From NCBI GenBank assembly GCA_902784615.1, contig CACZVN010000002.1, positions 31,321 through 95,320 of the forward strand: a stretch of 64,000 nt of DNA, in the 5' to 3' direction. A program made the position numbers and the translations under genes. This stretch comes from an uncultured Prevotellaceae bacterium (GTDB lineage Bacteria; Bacteroidota; Bacteroidia; Bacteroidales; Bacteroidaceae). The notes under the pieces are model-generated. The model saw only the letters and a program-made list of their open reading frames with translations. It did no database searches and was not told the origin of the DNA. Positions 29,814 to 38,258 of the stretch are shown piece by piece (the stretch's first letter is position 1; the number at the start of each line of letters is the position of its first letter).

Positions 29814-30878
29814 ATGATCAATAGGGAAATTATCAGAATCAAGATTGTTCAGTTAACCTACGCTTACTATCAAAACGGTAACAAGAACATCGACTCGGCT
29901 GAAAAGGAACTTTTCTTCAGTCTGTCAAAGGCATATGACCTCTACAACTACCTGCTTGCACTCATTGTGGCTATCACCAAGGAGGCAGGACGCAGATTGG
30001 AAGTTGCACAAGCCCGTGCCTTGCGTGAAGGCACACCAGAGCCATCCCAGAAATTTGTATTTAACCGCTTCGCCTTACAACTTGGAGAGAACAAAGCTCT
30101 TCAAGAGTTCATGAGTACCCAGAAATTTGCGTGGGAGGACTCTGCTGTCTTTCTTGGACAAATCTTCGAGACCATTGAAAGCAGCGAGACATACAAGACC
30201 TACATGGCCAGTGACGAGGATAGTTATGAAGCCGACCGCGAACTATGGCGCAAACTATATAAGACAATTATCACGGACAACGCTGATCTGGACGCTATCC
30301 TGGAGGACCAAAGCCTTTATTGGAACGACGACAAGGAAATTGTAGATACCTTTGTATTGAAGACCATCAAGCGTTTCAAGGAACAGAATGGCGCGAAAGA
30401 AGAACTGTTGCCCGAATGGGATAGCGAAGAGGAGAAGGACTTTGCCCGTAAACTGTTCCGCTCTGCCATTCTCAATGCAGACCAGTATCAGCACTACATG
30501 AGTGAAGCCTCGCGCAACTGGGACTTCTCGCGCCTGGCTTATATGGATGTTATCCTCATGCAGATAGCTATTGCTGAAATAATGACCTTCCCCAATATAC
30601 CCATCAGCGTCAGTATCAACGAGTACGTGGATATCGCAAAACTCTACTCTACCAAGAAGAGTGGTGGCTATATCAACGGTATGCTTGATGCCATTGCCCG
30701 CAACCTCATTAAGACCGGACGGCTGATGAAACACATGGAGCCTAAAGAATTAAAAGGTACTAAAGAGAACAAAGCGAAGAGCTTCCATGGAGAAAAAGTA
30801 ACTCTGAATGGGCAACCCAAAAAGATGAGACATCGCATCAAGAAAGGAGAAGAGCCTCAAACGAAAGAAGACAAATAA
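29814..30878 (+). CDS. nusB: Transcription antitermination factor NusB (long Bacteroidetes form)
   Basis: MINREIIRIK N-terminus; NW...RL..MD, INEYVDIAK and YINGMLD motifs. Confidence 0.93.
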   Translation: MINREIIRIKIVQLTYAYYQNGNKNIDSAEKELFFSLSKAYDLYNYLLALIVAITKEAGRRLEVAQARALREGTPEPSQKFVFNRFALQLGENKALQEFMSTQKFAWEDSAVFLGQIFETIESSETYKTYMASDEDSYEADRELWRKLYKTIITDNADLDAILEDQSLYWNDDKEIVDTFVLKTIKRFKEQNGAKEELLPEWDSEEEKDFARKLFRSAILNADQYQHYMSEASRNWDFSRLAYMDVILMQIAIAEIMTFPNIPISVSINEYVDIAKLYSTKKSGGYINGMLDAIARNLIKTGRLMKHMEPKELKGTKENKAKSFHGEKVTLNGQPKKMRHRIKKGEEPQTKEDK

Positions 30879-30891
30879 AAAACAATAGATT

Positions 30892-31209
30892 ATGACAAAC
30901 ATCGTATTAGCTGCACAAGCAGCACAAGGTAGTGGCATGAGTATGATTATCATGATGGTGGCCATCTTCGCCATTATGTGGTTTTTTATGATCAAGCCCC
31001 AGCAGAAGAAACAGAAAGAAATTCAGAAGTTCCAGAACGAACTGACCGAAGGCACAGAGGTTGTGACGGGAGGTGGTATCCACGGAACAGTAAAGAGCAT
31101 TGACCTTGCCAAGAACACGGTAGATGTGAAAATTGCCCGTGATGTTGTGGTTACTGTTGAGAAGACCTCAGTCTTCAAGGATATGGCCAGCACCCCACAG
31201 CAGAAATAA
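30892..31209 (+). CDS. yajC: Preprotein translocase subunit YajC
   Basis: WFFMIKPQQKKQK and VVTGGGIHG motifs. Confidence 0.95.
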   Translation: MTNIVLAAQAAQGSGMSMIIMMVAIFAIMWFFMIKPQQKKQKEIQKFQNELTEGTEVVTGGGIHGTVKSIDLAKNTVDVKIARDVVVTVEKTSVFKDMASTPQQK

Positions 31210-31221
31210 GAATCAAATAGA

Positions 31222-32208
31222 ATGAGTAAGGGCAGGCTATGGCAATATATCAGGAACTTCTTGTTCAGTAAAATCAACAAGGAGCTCCTGATTTTCCTGT
31301 TCTTCCTGATACTCTCTGGTATCTTCTGGCTGTCACTGACACTGAACGACACTTATGAGCAGGAGTTTGCCATCCCTGTCGCCATTATTGACGTACCCAA
31401 AAACGCTGTACTCACATCTGACGAGATAGACACTGTGAGGATAACCATACGTGACAAAGGTATTGTCCTAGCAGCCTATCATTACGGCGACTATTTGAAG
31501 AATATTAGCATCCGTTTCAAGAATTACACTCGTAACAACGGAACTGGCTTCGTATCGGCACAGGACATGCAAAAGATTGTATATCAGCACCTCCTTAGTA
31601 GTTCGAAGATCATCAGCACCAAGCCTGAAAAATTGGAATTCTACTATAATTACGGTACGAAAAAGCAAATACCCGTCAGATGGAGCGGCCGTGTGATTCC
31701 TGAAGAACTGTATTTCATCTCACGGGTCGAATATTCTCCCGATAGCGTAACCGTCTATGCCTCTGATGCGAAACTTGACAGCATTAATATAGTATATACA
31801 GAGCAGCTCAACTACGCCAACTTCCGCGACACGTTAGTGGTCAACTGCCAACTAAGCAAGATCAAAGGAGTGAAGATGGTGCCAGACCATATCAAAGTCA
31901 GTTTCTTTACCGATGTACTCACCGAAGAACGTATCGATGGAATTCCCGTTCAGGGCATTAATATGCCTGAAGGAAAGATCCTGAGAACATTCCCTGCCAA
32001 GGTGACTGTCAGTTTTGTGACAGGTGTCAGTGTTTATCGCAACCTCCGCCCAGAAGACTTCCATGTGGTAGCCGACTATCAGGAGATCAAGCAGAATCCA
32101 TCAGAGAAATGCCGGATCTATCTGAAAGACGTACCAGCCGGTATTTCCAGGGCAAAACTTGAGACTACCTTGGTGGATTATCTTATAGAATCACAGACGG
32201 AAGAGTAA
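31222..32208 (+). CDS. YbbR/CdaR-like membrane-anchored protein
   Basis: Single N-terminal TM followed by beta-rich repeats; lies between yajC and coaE. Confidence 0.75.
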   Translation: MSKGRLWQYIRNFLFSKINKELLIFLFFLILSGIFWLSLTLNDTYEQEFAIPVAIIDVPKNAVLTSDEIDTVRITIRDKGIVLAAYHYGDYLKNISIRFKNYTRNNGTGFVSAQDMQKIVYQHLLSSSKIISTKPEKLEFYYNYGTKKQIPVRWSGRVIPEELYFISRVEYSPDSVTVYASDAKLDSINIVYTEQLNYANFRDTLVVNCQLSKIKGVKMVPDHIKVSFFTDVLTEERIDGIPVQGINMPEGKILRTFPAKVTVSFVTGVSVYRNLRPEDFHVVADYQEIKQNPSEKCRIYLKDVPAGISRAKLETTLVDYLIESQTEE

Positions 32209-32774
32209 TGAAAACAGGAATTGCCGGTGGGATAGGTAGTGGAAAGAGTTTTGTATGCCAACGACTGCGACAACGCGGCTATGAGGTTTACGACTGCGAC
32301 AGTGCTGCCAAACGGTTGATACGCACATCACCAGAAATTCGTGAGCAACTCACCCATTTGATTGGGCCAAAGACCTACAACACTGACGGACGACTGAACA
32401 AGGCTGCTGTTTCCAAGTTTCTGCTGATATCGGCAGACAACCAGAAAGCCATTAATGATATTGTGCACCCTGCCGTGTTCCGCGACTTTGAAGAGAGCGG
32501 GATGGAATGGATGGAGAGCGCCATCATGTACGAATCCGGCATCTACAGGCTTGTGGATCGTGTCATAGTCGTCACAGCTCCTTTGGAAATACGCATCCAA
32601 CGGGTCATGCAGCGCGACCACCTCTCCAGGAAGGAAGTTCTTGAATGGATAGGAAGGCAACTGCCACAAGAAGAGGTCGTTAGCCGCGCAGACTTCGAAC
32701 TCATTAACGACGGCAAAGCAGATATTGAACAACAATTAAATAAGATTATAGAACAATGCAACAGACCATTTTAG
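32208..32774 (+). CDS. coaE: Dephospho-CoA kinase
   Basis: GGIGSGKS, IVHPAV and RV.QRD motifs. Confidence 0.93.
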   Translation: MKTGIAGGIGSGKSFVCQRLRQRGYEVYDCDSAAKRLIRTSPEIREQLTHLIGPKTYNTDGRLNKAAVSKFLLISADNQKAINDIVHPAVFRDFEESGMEWMESAIMYESGIYRLVDRVIVVTAPLEIRIQRVMQRDHLSRKEVLEWIGRQLPQEEVVSRADFELINDGKADIEQQLNKIIEQCNRPF

Positions 32775-33187
32775 CAATCGCCGGCAAGCCCGGACTTTAC
32801 AAACTTGTATCAAGAGGCAATAACAACCTTATTGTAGAGGCACTTGACGGCACCCATAAGCGGATACCAGCCTTTGCCACTGACCGTATCACCTCTCTGA
32901 GCGATATTGCCATGTTCACCGAGACTGATGACGTGCCCTTGATGGATGTCCTGGAGAACATGAAGACACTCGAAGGCGGCAAGAAGGCCAGCATCAACGA
33001 GAAGAAGGCATCTGGTCAGGAACTGAGGGATTACTTCACAAAGGTGTTACCCGAATGGGATCAGGACCGTGTACAGAATAGTCATATCAAGAAGCTCATC
33101 TCCTGGTATAACATCCTGGTTGAGGCAGGTATCACCGATTTCAAAGAAGAAGAGGCTAAGGAAACGAGTTCTACAGAAGAGGCTTGA
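32756..33187 (+). CDS. Conserved Bacteroidetes protein (DUF5606/DUF6852-like)
   Basis: ILAIAGKPGLYKL and DRV..SHIKKLISWYNIL motifs. Confidence 0.8.
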   Translation: MQQTILAIAGKPGLYKLVSRGNNNLIVEALDGTHKRIPAFATDRITSLSDIAMFTETDDVPLMDVLENMKTLEGGKKASINEKKASGQELRDYFTKVLPEWDQDRVQNSHIKKLISWYNILVEAGITDFKEEEAKETSSTEEA

Positions 33188-34103
33188 GAATCTTAATGAT
33201 TTTTGAGGTATTTTGTCTGACGCCTTCTTCATTCAGATGATATCCTGTATTAAAGGCACAACTGTCATCTAACACCATCTCTTTGGGATCTACTATATAC
33301 GGATGGTGAATGCTACCAAGTGCTTCACCGACTTTTTCATTGTATAATGTAATGAAATGTGTCGCAATACATACTGGTGGTAGCATCACTACTGTAGCAC
33401 CTCGTTGCTCATACTGCTGGATCATATCAGCCAGCCATACCATAAAATCCTTGTCAACAGTTCTGTCCTCCACTTTTCTCAGTGGTGGTTCTACAATATT
33501 GGGATATTTGAAATGGCCCACTTCGTCTCCTAACTCATTAAAGCCACTTTTGACATATGCAAAGTTTTCGTTTTCTGAAGGGGTATCAAAACTCTTAGTC
33601 GTAGTGTAATTCATAACCCGCTTCAAATTCAGCACCGTCACCTGTGGTACACCAACTAATATGTTGCGCCATTGATGGAAATTCAGCCTGCTGACATTTC
33701 GCCAATTTGTCGCAACCATGAGGGGCAATAAGGATTCCGGTTCTCCATTACCACCCGTGAAATAATTGGCATATTCCATCTGAATAACGACGATATCCCC
33801 TTTCCTCGCATAATCCAGATAATCCACCAACGGATATCTTATGCCTATTCCAGCATGAAGGCCAAAGTCCACAATGCCAATATGCAAAGAATCTTTCAGG
33901 GTCTTGGAATTGATACCAAAGGGAATATTGCTGCCACCAATAAAAACGACCCTTGGTGATGGTATCTTTTCAAGCAGTTCAACCTTATGATTATACTCAC
34001 AATGGTAGCCATTCCTATCTTTGGGTATTGATAATTGCAGAACGACATTGATGGCTACAAAAGCAAATACAAAAAGTAATACTCTATAAATAAACCTTTT
34101 CAT
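33171..34103 (-). CDS. Membrane-anchored SGNH/DltD-like protein, putative MBOAT partner
   Basis: N-terminal TM, FIGGSN block and C-terminal YHLN..G; follows an MBOAT gene. Confidence 0.65.
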   Translation of the reverse strand: MKRFIYRVLLFVFAFVAINVVLQLSIPKDRNGYHCEYNHKVELLEKIPSPRVVFIGGSNIPFGINSKTLKDSLHIGIVDFGLHAGIGIRYPLVDYLDYARKGDIVVIQMEYANYFTGGNGEPESLLPLMVATNWRNVSRLNFHQWRNILVGVPQVTVLNLKRVMNYTTTKSFDTPSENENFAYVKSGFNELGDEVGHFKYPNIVEPPLRKVEDRTVDKDFMVWLADMIQQYEQRGATVVMLPPVCIATHFITLYNEKVGEALGSIHHPYIVDPKEMVLDDSCAFNTGYHLNEEGVRQNTSKIIKILKPLL

Positions 34104-34115
34104 ACGATAATACGA

Positions 34116-35582
34116 TCAGAATTGGAAATAAATAAACTCCGATTGTTTTTCAGCAAAAATGACAATCATCATGACCAGTAGGAAGTATAACATAAACCGA
34201 AGTATGGCACTTCTCCCTAATACGCCATTCCCAGAAAGTTGCAGGGCGTGTTGCTTGTTCCTCTGAATCCACTCAACAACAACCATCATAGCTATCACCA
34301 CTGAGTTGAACACCAAATGCTTACCTTTGAGATACTCAAGACTACCAGCGACATCAAACAGTGAACTATTAAACATTTGCATCAGATACTGTCCTGCATC
34401 TCCTATCGTTTCTGAACGGAAGATGACAAATCCAATAACAGTCAAGGCGAATGTGATCACAATTTGAAAAGACTCTTTCAGATTAGGAAGCAGTTTCCCG
34501 TATGCCACGATATGCTCATATTTGGTATTAATACCGCAAATGTTATAAATGGCAAGAAGTGTACCATGGTATAATCCCCAACATACATACGTCCAATTCG
34601 CTCCATGCCATAAACCACTGATGGCCCATACGATATAGACATTGCGGATGACTTTCCGCTTGTCACATCTGCTGCCGCCAAGAGGGAAGTAGATATAATC
34701 ACGGAACCATGTCGTAAACGAGATATGCCACCGCCGCCAGAACTCCGGAATGCTCCGGGAGAAATAGGGGAAGTTAAAGTTGCGCATCAGGTTAACACCA
34801 AATAGTCGGGCACTACCGATAGCTATATCACTATAGCCTGAGAAATCACAATAGATCTGGAAGGTGAAAAGAGTCACACATACCCACAGAACAAGACCTG
34901 TCTGGTCTGAATATTCTGACCAGATCTGATTAACTGTAATGGCACAATTATCTGCTATTACCATCTTTTTGAAAAAACCCCAGAGCATCTGCCGCATGCC
35001 ATCGACAGCCTTTGCATAGTCGAACTGTCGCTGTTTCTGGAATTGAGGCAACAGATTTGTGGCTCTTTCGATAGGGCCGGCCACCAACTGCGGGAAGAAA
35101 CTGATATAGGCGAAGAACTCTATGATGTCGTGGGTTGCAGGCAACTTCTTCTGATAGACATCAATACTATAACTAAGGGCTTGGAATGTATAGAAGCTGA
35201 TGCCTACAGGGAGAATGATGTTCATGGTCACCCAATCCAGATGCCATCCCAGCGCCCCAAACAGCACATCCAGATTCTCTACGAAGAAATTGTAATATTT
35301 GAACACACCAAGAATCGCGATGTTCAAGGCGATGTTGGCAGCACTCACCATCTTTTGCCGCTTTCTTTGTCCCTCAAAATGCTCCAGCAGCAGACCGCTG
35401 CAGAAACTAAAGAATGACGTCAAAGCTATGAGAATCAGGAAACGCCAATCCCACCAACCATAGAATACATAGCTTGCAACTACAATTAAGAGGTTCTGCC
35501 ATCGCCGCTCACGAAACACGAACCAATAGAGCAGAAACACTATTGGCAGAAAAAACAGGAACTCGAAAGAATTAAAAAGCAT
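34116..35582 (-). CDS. MBOAT O-acyltransferase (AlgI/DltB family)
   Basis: LPVGISFYTFQ, FFPQLVAGPIER, DFSGYSD, FWRRWHIS and GLWHGA motifs. Confidence 0.95.
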   Translation of the reverse strand: MLFNSFEFLFFLPIVFLLYWFVFRERRWQNLLIVVASYVFYGWWDWRFLILIALTSFFSFCSGLLLEHFEGQRKRQKMVSAANIALNIAILGVFKYYNFFVENLDVLFGALGWHLDWVTMNIILPVGISFYTFQALSYSIDVYQKKLPATHDIIEFFAYISFFPQLVAGPIERATNLLPQFQKQRQFDYAKAVDGMRQMLWGFFKKMVIADNCAITVNQIWSEYSDQTGLVLWVCVTLFTFQIYCDFSGYSDIAIGSARLFGVNLMRNFNFPYFSRSIPEFWRRWHISFTTWFRDYIYFPLGGSRCDKRKVIRNVYIVWAISGLWHGANWTYVCWGLYHGTLLAIYNICGINTKYEHIVAYGKLLPNLKESFQIVITFALTVIGFVIFRSETIGDAGQYLMQMFNSSLFDVAGSLEYLKGKHLVFNSVVIAMMVVVEWIQRNKQHALQLSGNGVLGRSAILRFMLYFLLVMMIVIFAEKQSEFIYFQF

Positions 35583-36693
35583 AACGAAACTCGTGATATT
35601 TGGTATGTTGACGTAGTTGACGGTTATTTTGCATCCTAATGGAGTCCGAGGGGATGAAATACTTCTGGATCTGCGGTACCGAGTCTATCATATCAGCCAT
35701 CATCGCATGATACACTAAGTCAGACCCATGGAAACCATCCAGGAAGAAACAGTCCGTGGCGTATTGGTTCTCGTATCTGGTAAAATCCATCATGACGGCC
35801 TGATGACGGGAAGCAACCTCGTTCAGCAGCTCAGGAATCTCCTTGAGATAGCCATAATGCCCGTCCTTTTCCAGAACGTCACAGATCTTCGGTGCGAATG
35901 GGGGCAGGAAACCAACAAACATTATACCATGCTGATCGCAGAAAGTCAAGAGACTGTCAACCTCACCAAGTATAGACTTGTCTGCATGATCACAGCCCTG
36001 GAAGCGCAGGTTCTTATTCCTGATTCGCTCCATGGTCCCTTTAAAGTTATAATCTATAGAAACCTCAGGATGTGTCTCTACCATGCCATCATAATATGTG
36101 CCGTCTGTCGTAAACCCCCTCTGCGTACAAATGGCAGTGACACCTATCTGGTCTGAACGGAACAGTTCATTCACATCGATCTTGTCAGCGAGAAGATCCT
36201 CATAGAAAGTAGCACAAGAGTTCAGATACTTGGTAAACGAGAACTCTGGTTTTTCATACACATCTTTGGAAAAGAGCGCTTTTTGATCCTCGTAATAGGG
36301 ATTGAAGTAGAACTGGTCGAAGTTAGCGATAACCAATTCAGGCTTGTAGGACAACTTTTCCAGGAACAGGCGGAACTCATAGATATTCTGTACAGCGCCA
36401 CCTGCATTATAGAAAGACACACCCGGCCTGACCATATCACTCTTCACCTGCATGATACGGGATGAGCCAAGCACCAACACCTGAGGACGCATATAATCGT
36501 TGGTCATGTAATACTTGTATTCCTTGTCATAATAACTATATGCCAAGCCGAACAAGCGCCCTTTCTCCAAGGGGTGTAGATAGGTGTCAAATGAGAACAA
36601 TTCCCCTGCCCGATAGAGACAAACCGTCGGAAATCCATAAAACAGGATAAATGGAAGAAATACTATCAGAATCTTATAATATAGCCGTCTCAT
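35572..36693 (-). CDS. Membrane-anchored SGNH/DltD-like protein, putative MBOAT partner
   Basis: N-terminal TM; VLGSSR, NAGG and DGFH motifs. Confidence 0.65.
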   Translation of the reverse strand: MRRLYYKILIVFLPFILFYGFPTVCLYRAGELFSFDTYLHPLEKGRLFGLAYSYYDKEYKYYMTNDYMRPQVLVLGSSRIMQVKSDMVRPGVSFYNAGGAVQNIYEFRLFLEKLSYKPELVIANFDQFYFNPYYEDQKALFSKDVYEKPEFSFTKYLNSCATFYEDLLADKIDVNELFRSDQIGVTAICTQRGFTTDGTYYDGMVETHPEVSIDYNFKGTMERIRNKNLRFQGCDHADKSILGEVDSLLTFCDQHGIMFVGFLPPFAPKICDVLEKDGHYGYLKEIPELLNEVASRHQAVMMDFTRYENQYATDCFFLDGFHGSDLVYHAMMADMIDSVPQIQKYFIPSDSIRMQNNRQLRQHTKYHEFRYAF

Positions 36694-36694
36694 C

Positions 36695-38158
36695 TCAGAA
36701 TTGGAAATATATGAACGTATTGGGTTGGGCCTGATACTTAAGGATAAGAATGATCAGACACCAATAGACAGCATACCTCACTAAAACATGACCCCATAAC
36801 CGATGGATGGGGAACTGCAGAGGATGCTCCTTGTCACGCTGACACCACTCCAACAACAGGAGCAGTAGGATAAAGAAAATGGTGCTCTTCCCTATGAGAA
36901 GAGATGGCACAGACAGGGTTGAGAGGGAGAAAAAGCCCCCAAGATAAGCAAATGCGTCGTGAATGCTTCCTGCCCTGAAGAAAACCAACGCGATGGAAAC
37001 CAATGCGAATGTCAGCGCCATTTTCAAGAAATCACCCAGTTTTGGCAAACCAAATGCATTAGGTTTCAACCTCTTGTTTTTTCCAAAAGCACCCGATAGT
37101 ACCAATGGAATGAACAACAGACCGTTGTATAATCCGAACATTCCAAAAGTCCAGTTGGCGCCATGCCACAATCCAATTACAACCAGATTAATGATACAGG
37201 CGATACAGATACCTACATTTCCAAAATTCCTGAAGGCTATATTCAGCGGCATGAAGATATAGTCCGTGATCCAGGAGGTCAGAGACATGTGCCACCTGCG
37301 CCAGAATTCAGCGACATTCCTGGCCAACAAAGGATGATTGAAGTTTCTGGTGATCCTGATGCCTAGAAGTTTGCCGACACCGATGGCCATATTGGAATAC
37401 CCGTCGAAGTCGGCATACAACTGGATAAAATACAACAGTGCTACAACGACCAAGGTCGATCCGCCCTGCACGGAGTATGATGCCCATACGGTTTCTGTCA
37501 CGGTGGCAATATTATCCGCGATACACATCTTAGTGAACATACCCCACAATATCTGCCTGAATCCATCCACGGCAAGGCCGTAGTCGAATGTCTTCACACC
37601 CTTCAGTTGAGGAATCAGGCTATTGGGCCTGTCGATAGGTCCTGACAGGATCGTTGGGAAGAACGCGATATAAGTGCCGAACTCTATAAAGTCCTTACAG
37701 GGCTCTATATGCTCACGGTGGATCTCCACAATATAACTGATCAGTTTAAAGGTAAAGAAACTGACACCTATTGGTAGTACAATATTCAGCGTAGTCCATG
37801 TGACGTTTAACCCCATGGTATTCAACAAGATCGCAAACGACTCCGCAAAGAAATTAAGATACTTAAAATACAGCAGTAATCCTACCCCAAGGACAACGCC
37901 AAGCGTTGTAAGACGAGAGGCATTTTTGTTTTTTTTATTGACCATCTCGCACTTGAGCCAGAGACCAAGGGCATAGAATACGACAGTAGCGCCAAGAAGC
38001 AATGGGATCATCTTCCAGTCTGCCACACCATAAAAGAAGTAACAGGACAGGAAAAGCCATCCGTTCCTGATCCTTTCGTTATTCCTGCATATTGGCAAGT
38101 AATATACAATGAATACGACCGAGAAGAAGAGTAGAAAAAACAGAGAATTAACCACCAT
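36695..38158 (-). CDS. MBOAT O-acyltransferase (AlgI/DltB family)
   Basis: PIGVSFFTF, SGPIDR, DFDGYS, FWRRWHMSL and GLWHGA motifs. Confidence 0.95.
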   Translation of the reverse strand: MVVNSLFFLLFFSVVFIVYYLPICRNNERIRNGWLFLSCYFFYGVADWKMIPLLLGATVVFYALGLWLKCEMVNKKNKNASRLTTLGVVLGVGLLLYFKYLNFFAESFAILLNTMGLNVTWTTLNIVLPIGVSFFTFKLISYIVEIHREHIEPCKDFIEFGTYIAFFPTILSGPIDRPNSLIPQLKGVKTFDYGLAVDGFRQILWGMFTKMCIADNIATVTETVWASYSVQGGSTLVVVALLYFIQLYADFDGYSNMAIGVGKLLGIRITRNFNHPLLARNVAEFWRRWHMSLTSWITDYIFMPLNIAFRNFGNVGICIACIINLVVIGLWHGANWTFGMFGLYNGLLFIPLVLSGAFGKNKRLKPNAFGLPKLGDFLKMALTFALVSIALVFFRAGSIHDAFAYLGGFFSLSTLSVPSLLIGKSTIFFILLLLLLEWCQRDKEHPLQFPIHRLWGHVLVRYAVYWCLIILILKYQAQPNTFIYFQF

Positions 38159-38225
38159 CGCTCAAAAAACGGTGCAAAGGTACTACTTATTTTTTGAATA
38201 TCAAAGAAAGTAGGGGAAAAACTAA

Positions 38226-38253
38226 AAGATGCCCACCTTTCAGTGAGCATCTT
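38226..38253 (-). terminator. Probable terminator after the outer-membrane protein gene
   Basis: aagatgcccac...gtgagcatctt hairpin just downstream of the stop codon. Confidence 0.55.
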
Positions 38254-38258
38254 AAGAA

